Program-made: the position numbers and the translations under genes
Shown here: positions 50,180 to 62,478 of the stretch, in pieces
Position numbering within the stretch: the first letter of the stretch is position 1
Layout of the letters: each line of letters opens with the position of its first letter
NCBI GenBank assembly: GCA_951406725.2
Contig: OX597838.1
Location: 35,092,001-35,156,000, forward strand
Direction of reading: 5' to 3'
DNA from: Octopus vulgaris
Taxonomy: Eukaryota
DNA length: 64,000 bases
The notes under the pieces: generated by a model
Told to the model about the DNA's origin: nothing
Seen by the model: only the letters and a program-made list of their open reading frames with translations
Databases searched by the model: none

Positions 50180-50566
50180 GTGGAGGCGCAATGGCCCAGT
50201 GGTTAGGGCAGCAGACTCGCGGTTGTAGGATCGCGATTTCGATTCCCAGACCGGGCATTGTGAGTGTTTATTGAGTGAAAACACCTAAAAAGCTCCACGA
50301 GGCTCCGGCAGGGATGGTGGTGATCCCTGCTGTACTCTTTCACCACAACTTTCTCTCACTCTTACTTCCTGTTTCTGTTGTACCTGTATTTCAAAGGGCC
50401 GGCCTTGTCACTCTCTGTGTCACGCTGAATATCCCCGAGAACTACGTTAAGGGTACACGTGTCTGTGGAGTGCTCAGCCACTTACACATTAATTTCACGA
50501 GCAGGCTGTTCCGTTGATCAGATCAACCGGAACCCTCGTTGTCGTAACCGATGGAGTGCTTCCACC
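50180..50566 (+). mobile_element. SINE family C, full length, 11-bp TSD, inserted into an RTE 3' UTR remnant
   Basis: TSD acagatggatg at 50169-50179 and 50567-50577. Confidence 0.92.
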
Positions 50567-51012
50567 ACAGATGGATGCTCTTCCTATCACCAACCACTTT
50601 ACAGAGTGTAATCAATGCATTTTCATTAGCAAAGTTCTTGGTGAGACAAGACCAAAGGGACCTCACAGCCATACTTTACCTCTGATCACAAATTTCTGTA
50701 GGAGAGCTTATGAGGGGGATTTTCATCATGGTACCAGCATATGATTGGGGTTACTTGTAGCCTCTAAGTGTAGAGGTTACTCAATAGCCTAAGGTGTGTA
50801 CTATCAATCAGGTAATGTAATCAAGGGTGGATGCAGGTTTGCAGTGGGGTGGGGTGGGGTTAACAGAAGGCCAGAATGGGTGGGAGAAAGAAGCATCTAT
50901 AGGATGGTTTGGACAAGCTATTGAGATAGAGAGGGATTTGTGTGTGTGCGTGTCCATGTCCCCATGTGTCTCTATGTGTGTGTGTCCGTGTGTCTCTATA
51001 TGTGTGTGTCCA

Positions 51013-51067
<55 letters not shown>

Positions 51068-51070
<3 letters not shown>

Positions 51071-51380
51071 TGCAGACATGGCTTTGTGGTAAGAAACTTG
51101 CTTCCCAGCCACGTGGTTTTGGGTTCAGTCTCATTGCATGGCACCTTGGGCAAGTTTCTTCTACTATAGCCTCGGGCCAACCAAAGCCTTGTGAGTGGAT
51201 TTGGAAGGCGGAAACTGAAAGAAGCCCGTTGTGTATGTATATATAATATAAACTAAGTGGTTCGGTGAAAGAGACTGATAAAATAAGTACTAGGCTTACA
51301 AAGAATAAGTCCTGGGCTCGATTTCTTCAACTAAAGGTGGTGCTCCAGCATGGCCACAATCAAATGACTGAAACATGTAA
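51068..51380 (+). mobile_element. SINE family A with an internal deletion
   Basis: Head and tail are present; the ttgtcccc...ccccgt segment is missing. Confidence 0.85.
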
Positions 51381-51390
51381 AAAAAAAAGA

Positions 51391-51441
<51 letters not shown>

Positions 51442-51514
51442 CATACAGACTACACATGCACACACATACACATATAAATTTAATGTACAATATATGGATT
51501 TATACAATCCAGTG

Positions 51515-51850
51515 ATAATAATATAATAATGAAATTATTGTATACAGTGCTCAGGTGCACCACAACTTGTCAGAAAGTGCATATAAAGTATATGCAGTAA
51601 TGTACAAATGTCTGGAAAGCGAACAATGTATGAGTCAGATACATGCTTGTGTGTGTATGGAGGGGAGAAAATCAGGTGTAGTGTTGGCGAATCTCAGGAA
51701 GCATGGAAGTTTTGAAGGATGCAGTGCTCCGACAACTAACAACTGATGCCGGCAGTTTGTTCCATGCTTCAGCAACTCTCAGCGTGAAAAAATGTTTCCT
51801 GAAGTCATGGGAGCTGTGCTGTTTTCTGACTTTGTAAATATGTCCACGAA
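51515..51850 (-). mobile_element. CR1-clade LINE 3' end
   Basis: Nearly identical to 52968-53296; (ATT)n tail. Confidence 0.85.
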
Positions 51851-52034
51851 AAAGATCCTCTAGTGGACCAGACTACAAACTACATAGTAAACGAATGCAT
51901 CGGAGCATAATGTAGAGTCTAATCTAATCAGTGAAAATTATTTCATGAGGAATATATGGAATATTAAGAAAATCAGGTGGTTTGGTGAAATAAATACATT
52001 CATCTCATACCGCTTGCCTTTCTTTATATATTCT

Positions 52035-52395
52035 TTTTCTTTTTCTTGTTTCTGTCATTTGACTGTGACCACAGAACTTATTTTTTGTAAGCCTAGTACT
52101 TATTCTACCAATTTCTTTTGCCGAACTGCTAAGTTACGGGGACGTAAACACACCAATATCGGTTGTCAAGTGATGGTGGAGGAACAACGTAGGCACAAAG
52201 ACACACATACATGAATACATATGTTTGTGTATACAATGGGTTTCCTTCAGTTCCCTTGTACCAAATCCACTCACAAAGCTTTGGTTGGCCCAAGGCTATA
52301 GTAGAAGACACTTGCCCAAGGTGCCACACAGTGGGACTGAATCTATAACCATGTGGTTGGGAAGTGAGCTTCTTACAACACAGCCATACCTGCAT
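52035..52395 (-). mobile_element. SINE family A, diverged
   Basis: Reverse-complement match with a deletion. Confidence 0.8.
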
Positions 52396-52404
52396 TATAT
52401 ATAA

Positions 52405-52967
52405 CAATAATAATAATAATCAATTCTTTTTTATTGGCCACAAGGGCTGACACGCATGATTACATAAAGGGACAAGACAGGACGAAAGGTTACAAAGGGT
52501 TTTGTCCGTTTGTTAAAAAATCCGTGTAAAAATCTTTAAAACAATGATTATTAAAACAATGAAAAACTCCCAAAAGGGGGAGACGTTTCGAAAGGTTCCT
52601 GGTGGAAAAAACCCTACAAAAGCCAACGGGAGCCTGGTCAAAAAAAGGGGGTGTAGAGAGTCCCCTTTCTTCTCCTTTTACATTACCTTTTTCTTTGAAA
52701 TCACAGGCGAAACCTGAGAACTGGTCCATTTATACAGGCCAGTCTCGCACAATTCACCCACCTTTCATAAAACTTGCTATCGGACAGCACTTTCCTCTCT
52801 AACCTCATCTTCCTTTTCAAGTGAAACTTGAAAAAGTTGATGAGGCCTTGACCAAAGAGGAAAGTGTCTGTCTTTAGCCCTTTCAAACGAGTCCACCACA
52901 CGACCTCTTTCGCCACAGCCACTAGGCACAAGAAAACGGCCTCGCCCTCCTTGTTAAAGGAGGTCGA
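52405..52967 (-). mobile_element. Tx1/L1-clade LINE 3' end (ORF2 C-terminus, 3' UTR, AATAAA, (ATT)n tail)
   Basis: ORF 52701-52931 CLVAVAKEVVWWTRLKG...LKRKMRLERK...FYERWV has the Tx1-type AK-xxW-xR...F-xxW pattern. Confidence 0.7.
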
Positions 52968-53465
52968 ATAATAATAATGAAATTATTGTATACAGTGCTC
53001 AGCTGCACCACAACTTGTCAGAAAGTGCGTATAAAGTATATGCAGTAATGTACAAATGTCTGGAAAGTGAACAATGCATGAGTCAGATACATGCTTGTGT
53101 GTGTATGGAGGGGGGGAAATCAGGTGTAGTGTTGGCGAATCTCAGAAAGCATGGAAGTTTTGAAGGATGCAGTGCTCCGACAACTAACAACTGATGCCGG
53201 CAGTTTGTTCCATGCTTCAGCAACTCTCAGCGTGAAAAACTGTTTCCTAAAGTCATGGGAGCTGTGCTGTTTTCTGACTTTGTAAATATGTCCACGGGTG
53301 TTAGACAGGTGGAGTTCGAAAAGGTGCTCAGATTTATTGTTTGTAAGATGGTTGATAATTTTATGGGTGTCTGCCAAGTCAGCTGCCAGACGTCGGAGTT
53401 TCAACGTGTCCAGGCCCAGGGAAGTAAGGCAGTCAGAATATGGCAAATGCCTTATGTTGGCTTTT
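52968..53465 (-). mobile_element. CR1-clade LINE 3' end with intact ORF2 C-terminus
   Basis: ORF 53120-53494: LPYSDCLTSLGLDTLKLRRL..DL..THKII...NTRGH..K...FFTLRVAEAWNKLP...FK. Confidence 0.9.
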
Positions 53466-53975
53466 ATTTTGATATGGTGGCTTAGGCTGGACAAGACTTA
53501 CTGAGGCTGTATTCCACAGCTGGGTGCTCTTCCTGTTGCCAGCTCTCACCTGTCTCCAAAAGCAAGGTAATATTTCCTATGGCCAGACATGTTTTTCACA
53601 GAAGACTGGAAATGAAAGCATTGCTTGTTTGACAGTGACACTCATTTTACAACCATCATGTGATGACTTCAGCTCTCACTCACACACACAACAGGCTTAT
53701 AAGATATTGACCAACCATTGAGGTTATAACAGATACTTGTCAAAGCTGCCACAAGATGGGATGGAACCTGAAATCCCATGGTTGCAAAATAAGCCCCATA
53801 ACTGCACATCCATACCTATACACACACACACACGCTCTCACTATTTAATTATCTTTGATTGCTGCCTCATACCATCAAACATTCTCTACTCCCCTCACTT
53901 ATTCCTGCACTTGTTCCTACCCACTTTATATCTTAAAGGTCCACTCTAACACTTCATCACCAATTTCCAGCTCCA

Positions 53976-54590
53976 CCGTAAAAAGCACCATCCGTCCGTG
54001 GCCGTTTGCCAGCCCCGTCTGGCACCTGTGCGGGTGGCACGTAAAAAGCACCCACTACACTCTCAGAGTGGTTGGTGTTAGGAAGGGCATCCAGCCGTAG
54101 AAACACTGCCAGATCAGACTGGGCCTGGTGCAGCCTCCTGGCTTCCCAGACCCCAGTCGAACCGTCCAACCCATGCTAGCATGGAAAGCAGACGCTAAAT
54201 GATGATGATGATGATGACCCCATACAACTGTCTCTTCTAAAGCATGAATAGTTATGTACCTAATCATTCAGTGACAAACCTGTTCTGTTTTGGCTTTCTT
54301 CTCTCATAATTGACCTCTCTGTCTACTCCTAGCATGAAGCCCATCTTCCTCACTCAAGATCTCATAGTCTTTCAAGTTACAAGGTAGTCTCACCGGTGTT
54401 GCTGGCACAAAAACGGCACTTCAGTACATTCTGTAAAGTGGTTGGCATTAGGAAGGGCATCCAGCCATTGAAACCATGCTGAAGCAGAAACTGGAGCATG
54501 ATGTGCTCCTTGGGCCCCATCAGATTCTGTCAAAAAATCCCAACCTAATCCAACATGGAATTTGGATGCTAAACGATAATGATGATAATG
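53976..54590 (+). mobile_element. Two RTE 3' UTR copies with (GAT)n tails (53976-54217 and 54395-54590)
   Basis: Match to 7218-7493. Confidence 0.78.
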
Positions 54591-54968
54591 TTTCTGTGCC
54601 ATTTGGTGGTAACCAAAGAACTTGTTTATAGTTTCATTATTTCTGTATTCTCTGCTGTTGATTTGGTTGGTTGTTTGATCTCTTCAAATCCTAAAGTTGT
54701 GAAACAATCAGTTTGTTTCTTTGTTACTTTCATTTTTCTTATTTTTATTTCATTCTACTTTGTTTTCTTTCTTTCCACATTTCCTTTTCTTTTATTTCTT
54801 TCTCTCTTTTCGTTCTTTTCTTATTTTAATCTCTAAGCTTCCTTCCCTCCTTCCTTCCTTCCTTCCAAACTTTGTAAATGGGTTTGGACTAAAATACTTG
54901 AAATGGATTTAAAGCATTAAGTTCTTAACCATTTTCACCATTGCAATAGCTATCTGCCTGCCTGTCTG

Positions 54969-55006
<38 letters not shown>

Positions 55007-55221
55007 ACACTCTCTTTCTGTCTCTTTTATTCTTCTTTGGTACCAGTTAAAGTGGACATGAATTAAAAGAAGCAGGATGGCTGGGGAACCTACAAATTAT
55101 GGGAATTTCTTCTTGCTAAAATTCTAATAGGTTTGCCAACAAACTATTAGCTAATGATTTGCTTTTTCCCTCACAGACAAAACAAAAAAAAATAAAAATG
55201 ATTGTTGGTGGTTCATTCATG

Positions 55222-55269
<48 letters not shown>

Positions 55270-55929
55270 TTATGCAAATGTGTGTGTTGTGTCTACTATG
55301 TATATATATGTGTGTGCATGAGTTATGCAAATTTGTGTGTTGTGTCTACTGTGTATATATATGTGTGTGTGTGTGCACGCATCTGCTGTGTATATTTGTG
55401 TGTGTCTGATATGTATATTTTTGTGTGAATCTGTGTGTTTGCAACTTTGCATGTTTTTTTTTGTTTTTTTTGCATGTCTGTTTTTGTTTTTGGTTGTTAC
55501 ATTTATTTTTATAATTTTTGCCTTCTTTATACTTGGTTGATCTTTATAAATACCGGTGGATGTATTTTGGGAGAAAGTGAAAACAAAAACAAAAACACAC
55601 ATGCACATAAAGAAAAAAAAAAAAGAAAAACCGGGAGAGAACAATAACATCAATGAGAACAACAAAAAGAACAGCAATAGTATTAAACAAACATCTCTTT
55701 TCCATTGCCGCTCCTCAATACTTTCATCACATTTCCATCGCAGCGAGTATGCAGGTGGTACATGCTAGCAGAGTGATTACAAATCACTTGCTGGCTTTGA
55801 TTTCATTTATTGAAGTTGGCGAGAGACAAGGCATGTTATGTTCTCTCATTGAATTGTTCTATGAGAATGTTAGATGTTTGTTAGTCGGGTAATATAAATA
55901 TATATACTTTACAGCAAACTGATTCTCTT

Positions 55930-55949
55930 TGTGTGTGTGTGTGTGTATT

Positions 55950-56001
<52 letters not shown>

Positions 56002-57003
56002 AACCTGTGTGTGTGTGTATGAACCTGTGTGTGTGTGTATGAACCTGTATGCATGTGTATGTATATATATTACATTTCACATGTATGTGTGTCTGTATGT
56101 GCATATGTGTGATATATATATGTATATATATTCATACACACACACATATATATATATATATGTATGTATGTATGCACGTGTATGTATATTTTATGTGTAT
56201 ATATATATATGTGTGTATACACACGTGTGCATATGTATATATATATATATATATACATACACACACACACACACACACACATACACACATATATGTATGC
56301 ACATGTATGTATATTTTATGTGTGTATATATATGTATGTGTGTATACACACATGTATGTATATGTATTATATATATACACATGCACACATACATGTATAA
56401 TTTGTGTGTGTGTGTGTGTATGTATATATATTTTTATACATAGATATACTCACATATTTGCATATACATACACATGTATGTATGCTAATAATATTGTTAA
56501 TGAGCCTATTATATATAGTGCTCAGGTGCACTGTAACTTGTTGGAAAAGGGTAAATGAAAGGACGGAAAACAGCAGTAAGTCAAATAATACAAGACTGCA
56601 ATGAAAGCTAAAAGTACATGCGCACAGTGTAAAGCACAGGAAGACAGAAAAGTGAACAGAATTAGAGCCAGGAGAAGTGGATGCATTTGACATGTCAGGA
56701 GGAGTGTTGGCGAGTTTAGGGGAAAGCATAGGCATTTTGGAAGATGCAGTGTGTCCTGACAGCTAATAAGGGACACAGGTGGTTTGTTCCATGCTTTGAC
56801 AACTCTGAGTGTGAAATATTATTTCTGAAGTTCGTGTATAGATGTGTACGTATATATACATATGTATATATATATATGCATGTGTGTATATATTTGAATG
56901 TGTGTGTGAGTGTGTATATATATATATACACACACACACACACGTGTATGTATATATATGTATGTATGTATGAATATATATATATATACTTACACACACA
57001 TGC

Positions 57004-57034
<31 letters not shown>

Positions 57035-57172
57035 AACATACATACACAGACACGCATGCATGTGTATGTATATATATATAAACATACATACACATACACA
57101 CGCACGCATGTGTATGTGTGTATATATATATATATATACACACACACATGTCTATGTATATATATATATATA

Positions 57173-57217
<45 letters not shown>

Positions 57218-57370
57218 ATACTTGTGTTTATGTGTGCGGATACATATGTATATACACGCATACTCATGCATATTTGTTTCATCTGTACAAACACACAAAA
57301 GGACATGTTTGTATATTTATATGCATATTTAGGTGTGTGTATGTATTTATGTATACACACACACACAGAC
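55930..57370. repeat. (TG)/(TA)/(CA) microsatellite fields with an old CR1 3' remnant at ~56505-56830 (-)
   Basis: Directly visible. agtgctcaggtgcac and gtttgttccatgctt...caactctgagtgtgaaa match the CR1 copies. Confidence 0.85.
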
Positions 57371-57609
57371 AAATGCATGTTTGTTCCATCCGTTGGGAAT
57401 TTTCAAAGTTTAGCTGTCCTAGAACAGCACTGTATTCCGTAGGTGTACCTACAACCCTGGATATGGTTTTCAAGGATTGGTTCATTGAAGATGAGACAGA
57501 GAAGGCATGAAGAAATATATCTGAATATATAGTGACAGGAATGAGACATGAAGATGAGACAAACATACACCAACGGTACAACGAAGTTCTATATGGCTTC
57601 AGCCCATTT

Positions 57610-58724
57610 TGGAAGACCAGCAATCTGTAGAGCTCACTGAGGACGTCTTGCAAAGCCTGGTCGAACAAAATCTCATTGTAACTGTTGAGGAACTAGCAGA
57701 GAATCTTGGATTTTGTCATTCATCTATGCCTGTGTGTCATCAGAAAAGCCAGCAAATTGGGTCAATGAGTTCTTCAAAAACTTTCTGAGTCTAATCTCGT
57801 GCAGAGAGTGAATATGCACTCTTCTTTGCTGTCGTTTCCCAAATGAACCTTTTTTGGATTGAATAGCGACTGCTGATGAGAAATGGGTTCTCTATAAAAA
57901 TGTCAAGCACCGAAGACAGTGGGTAGGGAAAGGAGAAACACTGGCACCCCAGGCTAAAGAAGGTCTTCACTGATGTAAGGTGTTGTTAATCTATTTGGTG
58001 GGATATGAACTTTTAAACTCAAAATCAAATGATAACAAAGGAGATCTACAGTGAGCCGCTTGAGTGGCTTAACCCTTTAGTGTTCGAATTATTCTGCCAA
58101 AATTTATGCTTTTTAATCCACATTGTTTTGAACTAATCATGCATTATCTTGTAGCTATGAAATTTTGATGTGGTAGCTGTTAATTTTTAAAATGATATTG
58201 CAGGGTTGGTATGAGAGACCAGATCTGGCCAGTTTGAACATAAAACATGCAGAATATTTTTGGCCGGATATGGCCGGTTTAAATGCTAAAGGGTTAAGTC
58301 AGTATCAGAAGAAAAAGGACCATCTTTGGTTTTAAGATGAAAGGTGTTCTTCCATCAGGATAATGCTTGGCCACATACAATGAGGATGACATTCCAAAAG
58401 CTGGAGCAGTTTGAATGGGAAACAATGCTTCACGCACCATATTTACCAGACATTGCCCAATATGATTATCATTTATTTTGCAGTCTTCAAAATCATTTGG
58501 ACGGAAAAAAATATGAATTCTATGGACGACGTGAGAACAGTGCTGGAGGAGTATTTTCGTTATGGACAAGTGAATTTTGGTAGACGGGTCTTGCAAGTCT
58601 ACCAGATAGATGGAAGAGAAAATGGAGAGTTTATTTTAAATTAAAAAAGAACCTTGTTCATCTTAATTTTGAAAAATAAAAGAAGTATAAAAAAAAAACA
58701 CATTATTTATGGGATGACCCAATA
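57610..58724 (+). mobile_element. Decayed mariner transposon (5' end lost) interrupted by a piggyBac-type MITE
   Basis: Motifs LVEQNLIVTVEELAENLG, IATADEKWVLYKNVK, FHQDNAWPH and HAPYLPDIAQYDYHLF. TIR-like cattatttatgggatgacccaa|ta at 58701-58724. Confidence 0.88.
58073..58293. mobile_element. piggyBac-type MITE with a perfect TTAA TSD
   Basis: TTAA|ccctttagtgtt...aatgctaaaggg|TTAA; homologous to 21191-21409. Confidence 0.9.
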
Positions 58725-58950
58725 TATAGTTGAAGTGATGGGAAACAAAAAGACAAAAGGATACAGAAAATAATGTAGTTAAACCTTAGTGGCACAGGCG
58801 TAGTTGTGTCATAAGACGCCTACTTCCTAACAACACATTTCTGGGTTCAGTCCCACTGGATGGCATGTTGGGCAAGTGTCTTCTACTGTAGTTTTAAGGC
58901 TGACCAAAGCCTTGTGAGTGGATTCTGAAGACAGAAACTAAAAGAAGCCC

Positions 58951-58990
<40 letters not shown>

Positions 58991-58992
<2 letters not shown>

Positions 58993-60707
58993 CAATAAAT
59001 GGTGGGGTTGTGTTGACCGCATGTGGAGAAATGATAAGCAAGGAAAATTTGTAAAAAGGCAGAATGCTAAATTGAAAGAAAATTTTAATGAAAATGGGTG
59101 TATGGAAAAATTTTGAAAAATTGATAAACTATACATATATTAATTCAAACTGGTTTTCATAATAATGTGACTTTTCAAGAATTGTAAAGAAAAAAAATTT
59201 TTTTTAATGTGAGGAGGGGGAAAAAAGAAACTTGTTTTTTGTTTTTTTCAAAAAAATAATAATAATAATAAATATGTACAAAATTTAAAAAATAGGTACT
59301 CCGATACATTGTAAAGTCTTTGTGTATCTTGAGTTTAATGACAGTTCACGAAAAAATTACCTTGAAGTATTGAGATCCAATGGGATTAAATCCATGTGTT
59401 GTTTAATTCAATTAAGAGTGTCTCTTAAGTGGATGGCAAAACAGGAAGTAGTAGTAGTCCACTTCCTGTGTTGTGAATAAGGGGAGACAACTCTATGGGT
59501 TTTAAGCTCTTCAATTTGTGTTTATCAATTTTTTGTAATAAAGGGTGTTAATAAACCTTAAATTATAAAATTATTATTTTAGCTTCATTTGCATTATCTT
59601 TTTTATATAATTGTTTGCTGACTTAACATTCAGATTTTAACACTTTATTTATATTGTTTTCTAATTATATAAATTTGCATAAACCAATTTATAATTACAT
59701 TTCAGATTGTTATGTCATATATAACAACAACAACAACAATAATAATAATAATAATGATATTTAAAGAATATAAGTTTTAGCTTGAAGTGATGACTGCATG
59801 GTATCCTTATATATTTGTGTTAGTCCATCCATGAAGAATGAGGTAGAAAAAAGAAGTATGATCAACGAGGAGTTTGCATATTAAGATGCATTTTGAATTT
59901 TTCAATAAAGGGATTCTCCTTGTTAATTCTCTCCTGTGTGGTGATTCCGTCTTTACATTGGTAGAAGGGGAATATGTAGAATTTGGGATTTTTGTCTTTA
60001 GCGCATGAGTCTATGTGGTCACTCGGTGGGATTTGCCGGTATTCCGGGAGATTTATTTGTTCTTTATGCACTGCTTCTCTTTTACGTAACGGGAGGCTCG
60101 TTTGTCCAACATAATTATGTTGGTAACCAGCACATGTGAGAATGTAGATAAGGTTCTTGGAAGAACAACAGAAGTTGGTCTTGATTTTAAACTTCGTTCC
60201 TTGTTTGAAGATAAATTCAGAGCCTTCAAGTAGGAAGGAGCAGGTGCCACAGTTTGGGTGTGCACATTTTTTAACTGCTGGGGGTGGATGTGGTGTGTGA
60301 AGTTTGGCATTTGTCAAGAGTTTTTTTAAAGATTTGTGTTGCCTTTTACATGTGAGGATTTTGTGTGTATTTATAATGTTTTTCATTTAGGGGTCTGTTG
60401 ACAGTAGACTGAGGTTTTGTATGATTGTGGTGTATGCTTCGATATTTTTGGGGTTATGGGTGGAAATGTATGGAAGTATTTTGGGGTTGTGTGTGGTGTT
60501 GGGTGGTTTTCAGTGTAATGTCGTCTAGTTCTTTGGCGCGTTTTATTCCATACTCTATAAGGGTGGAGGGATATTGGCGTTGTAATAGTGTTTTTTTTGA
60601 GGTCTTGAAGGCGTATTTCTCAATTTTTCAAAATTTTTCCATACACCCATTTTCATTAAAATTTTCTTTCAATTTAGCATTCTGCCTTTTTACAATTTTT
60701 CCTTTGC
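58991..60707 (-). mobile_element. 5'-truncated Penelope-like element (RT thumb plus GIY-YIG endonuclease) inserted in the (TA)n of a SINE-A (head 58791-58990, tail 60708-60946)
   Basis: ORF 59862-60386: CAHPNCGTC...CSSKNLIYILTC...YVGQT...LRKR..VH...E..FI (GIY-YIG plus Cys motif). Upstream sequence translates to LQDLKKTLLQRQYP...LPYISTHNP. Inverted arms at 59038-59124 and 60620-60707. Confidence 0.88.
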
Positions 60708-61533
60708 TATATATATATATATATATATATATATCTGTGTGTGTGTGTGTGTCCTCCTCCACTGCTTGGCAACTGGTGTTGGTTTGTTTATGTCCCCCGT
60801 AACCCTTAGCAGTTTGGCAAAAGTAACCAATAGAATAAGTACCTGGCTTAGAAAGAAGTACTGGTGCCAATTTGTTTGACCAAAACTCTTCAAAGTGGTG
60901 TCTCAGGATGGCTGTAGTCTAATGACTGAAACCAGGAAAAAAGATAAATGACAATGGATCAAACAGAAAAAGAAGGAAAAAAAAAACTAAAAACAAAAGC
61001 ATTTCCCTTCCGTGACAGGACAGGATAGATGGAGTATTGAAGACCAGAAAATCCATGATTGGAAAGTTTCTGGATTTCTAGAGCTACTTTGGATTGGGCG
61101 AAGAAAAATAACTGATAGAGTAGTATGGTAAATTTAATGGTTAGTTAGCGTGATTGATTAACACTTTGCTTCCTTATCTAATTTTCAGCATGTTTCACTC
61201 ACTATCTTGTCCAGTTAGAGGGTTTCATCTTAATTGTTGCATTGCCAGCTGCTTCTTTATCAGTTAATATTAATAATAGCCTCTGTGTGTATGAATTAAT
61301 TGGATGACAAGTGAACAAGAATTATACAATCATCTATATTGGCTTGCAGCTGTTCCTGCTATATGACACTGTGCACCCAGAGTGTTTGTACATCAATATA
61401 TAGCTTCTTCAGCTCCATGGAAGCTATTCATATTATGCTCTGTATTTGTCTAATGTTTTATTCTGAAGCCTTGTATATTGAGTTCTAACAACAGTTTTGC
61501 AATGCATAAGCAAAGTCATAATGCATACATTAT

Positions 61534-61937
61534 AGGTGCAGGAGTGGCTGTGTGGTAAGTAGCTTGCTAATCAACCACATGGTTCCGGGTTCAGTCCCAC
61601 TGCGTAGCATCTTGGGCAAGTGTCTTCTGCTATAGCCCCAAGCCGACCAATGCCTTGGGAGTGGATTTAGTAGACGGAAACTGAAAGAAGCCTGTCGTAT
61701 ATATGTATATATATATATGTATATGTATGTATGTGTGTCTGTGTTTGTCCCCCTAGCATTGCTTGACAACCGATGCTGGTGTGTTTACGTCCCCGTCACT
61801 TAGCGGTTCGGCAAAAGAGACCGATAGAATAAGTACTGGGCTTACAAAGAATAAGTCCCGGGGTCGATTTGCTCGACTAAAGGCGGTGCTCCAGCATGGC
61901 CGCAGTCAAATGACTGAAACAAGTAAAAGAGTAAAAG
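61534..61937 (+). mobile_element. SINE family A, full length
   Basis: Near-identical to 5019-5435. Confidence 0.9.
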
Positions 61938-62438
61938 ACATACATACTTACGTTCATACATACAGACACACACACACAAACATATATAAAACCAGTCAGT
62001 TTATTTTAATCATTAAATGTACTTTATCTAATATTATATTGTAAAAGTGGGTTACACTTCTGGGAAATCCTGTCTCTCTCTCTCTCTATATATATCCAAG
62101 TTGAACTGTCAAAAAGCAGTAAATAGGTAGGACTTCACAACTTTTCCCTATTTTTCTCTTTTCAATCTTCCTCTTTTGCTGGCTCCTTTCATTTGGATTG
62201 ACTCCATATCCCTCATGAGTCTCATATCAATATAATCTTCTCCCTTGAACACTGCAGCTGATTCCTCTTCTATCCAGTTTTTCTCTCAGCTCTGTTGTAG
62301 TCTGCCATTCATACACACTTCCATTACACATTCAGCAGAGCATGTTTATATATATATATATAACAATTTAACAAATAAAACATGCATACATACATACATA
62401 TATGTAAATACCTACATCTATATGTATGTATGTATACA

Positions 62439-62478
<40 letters not shown>

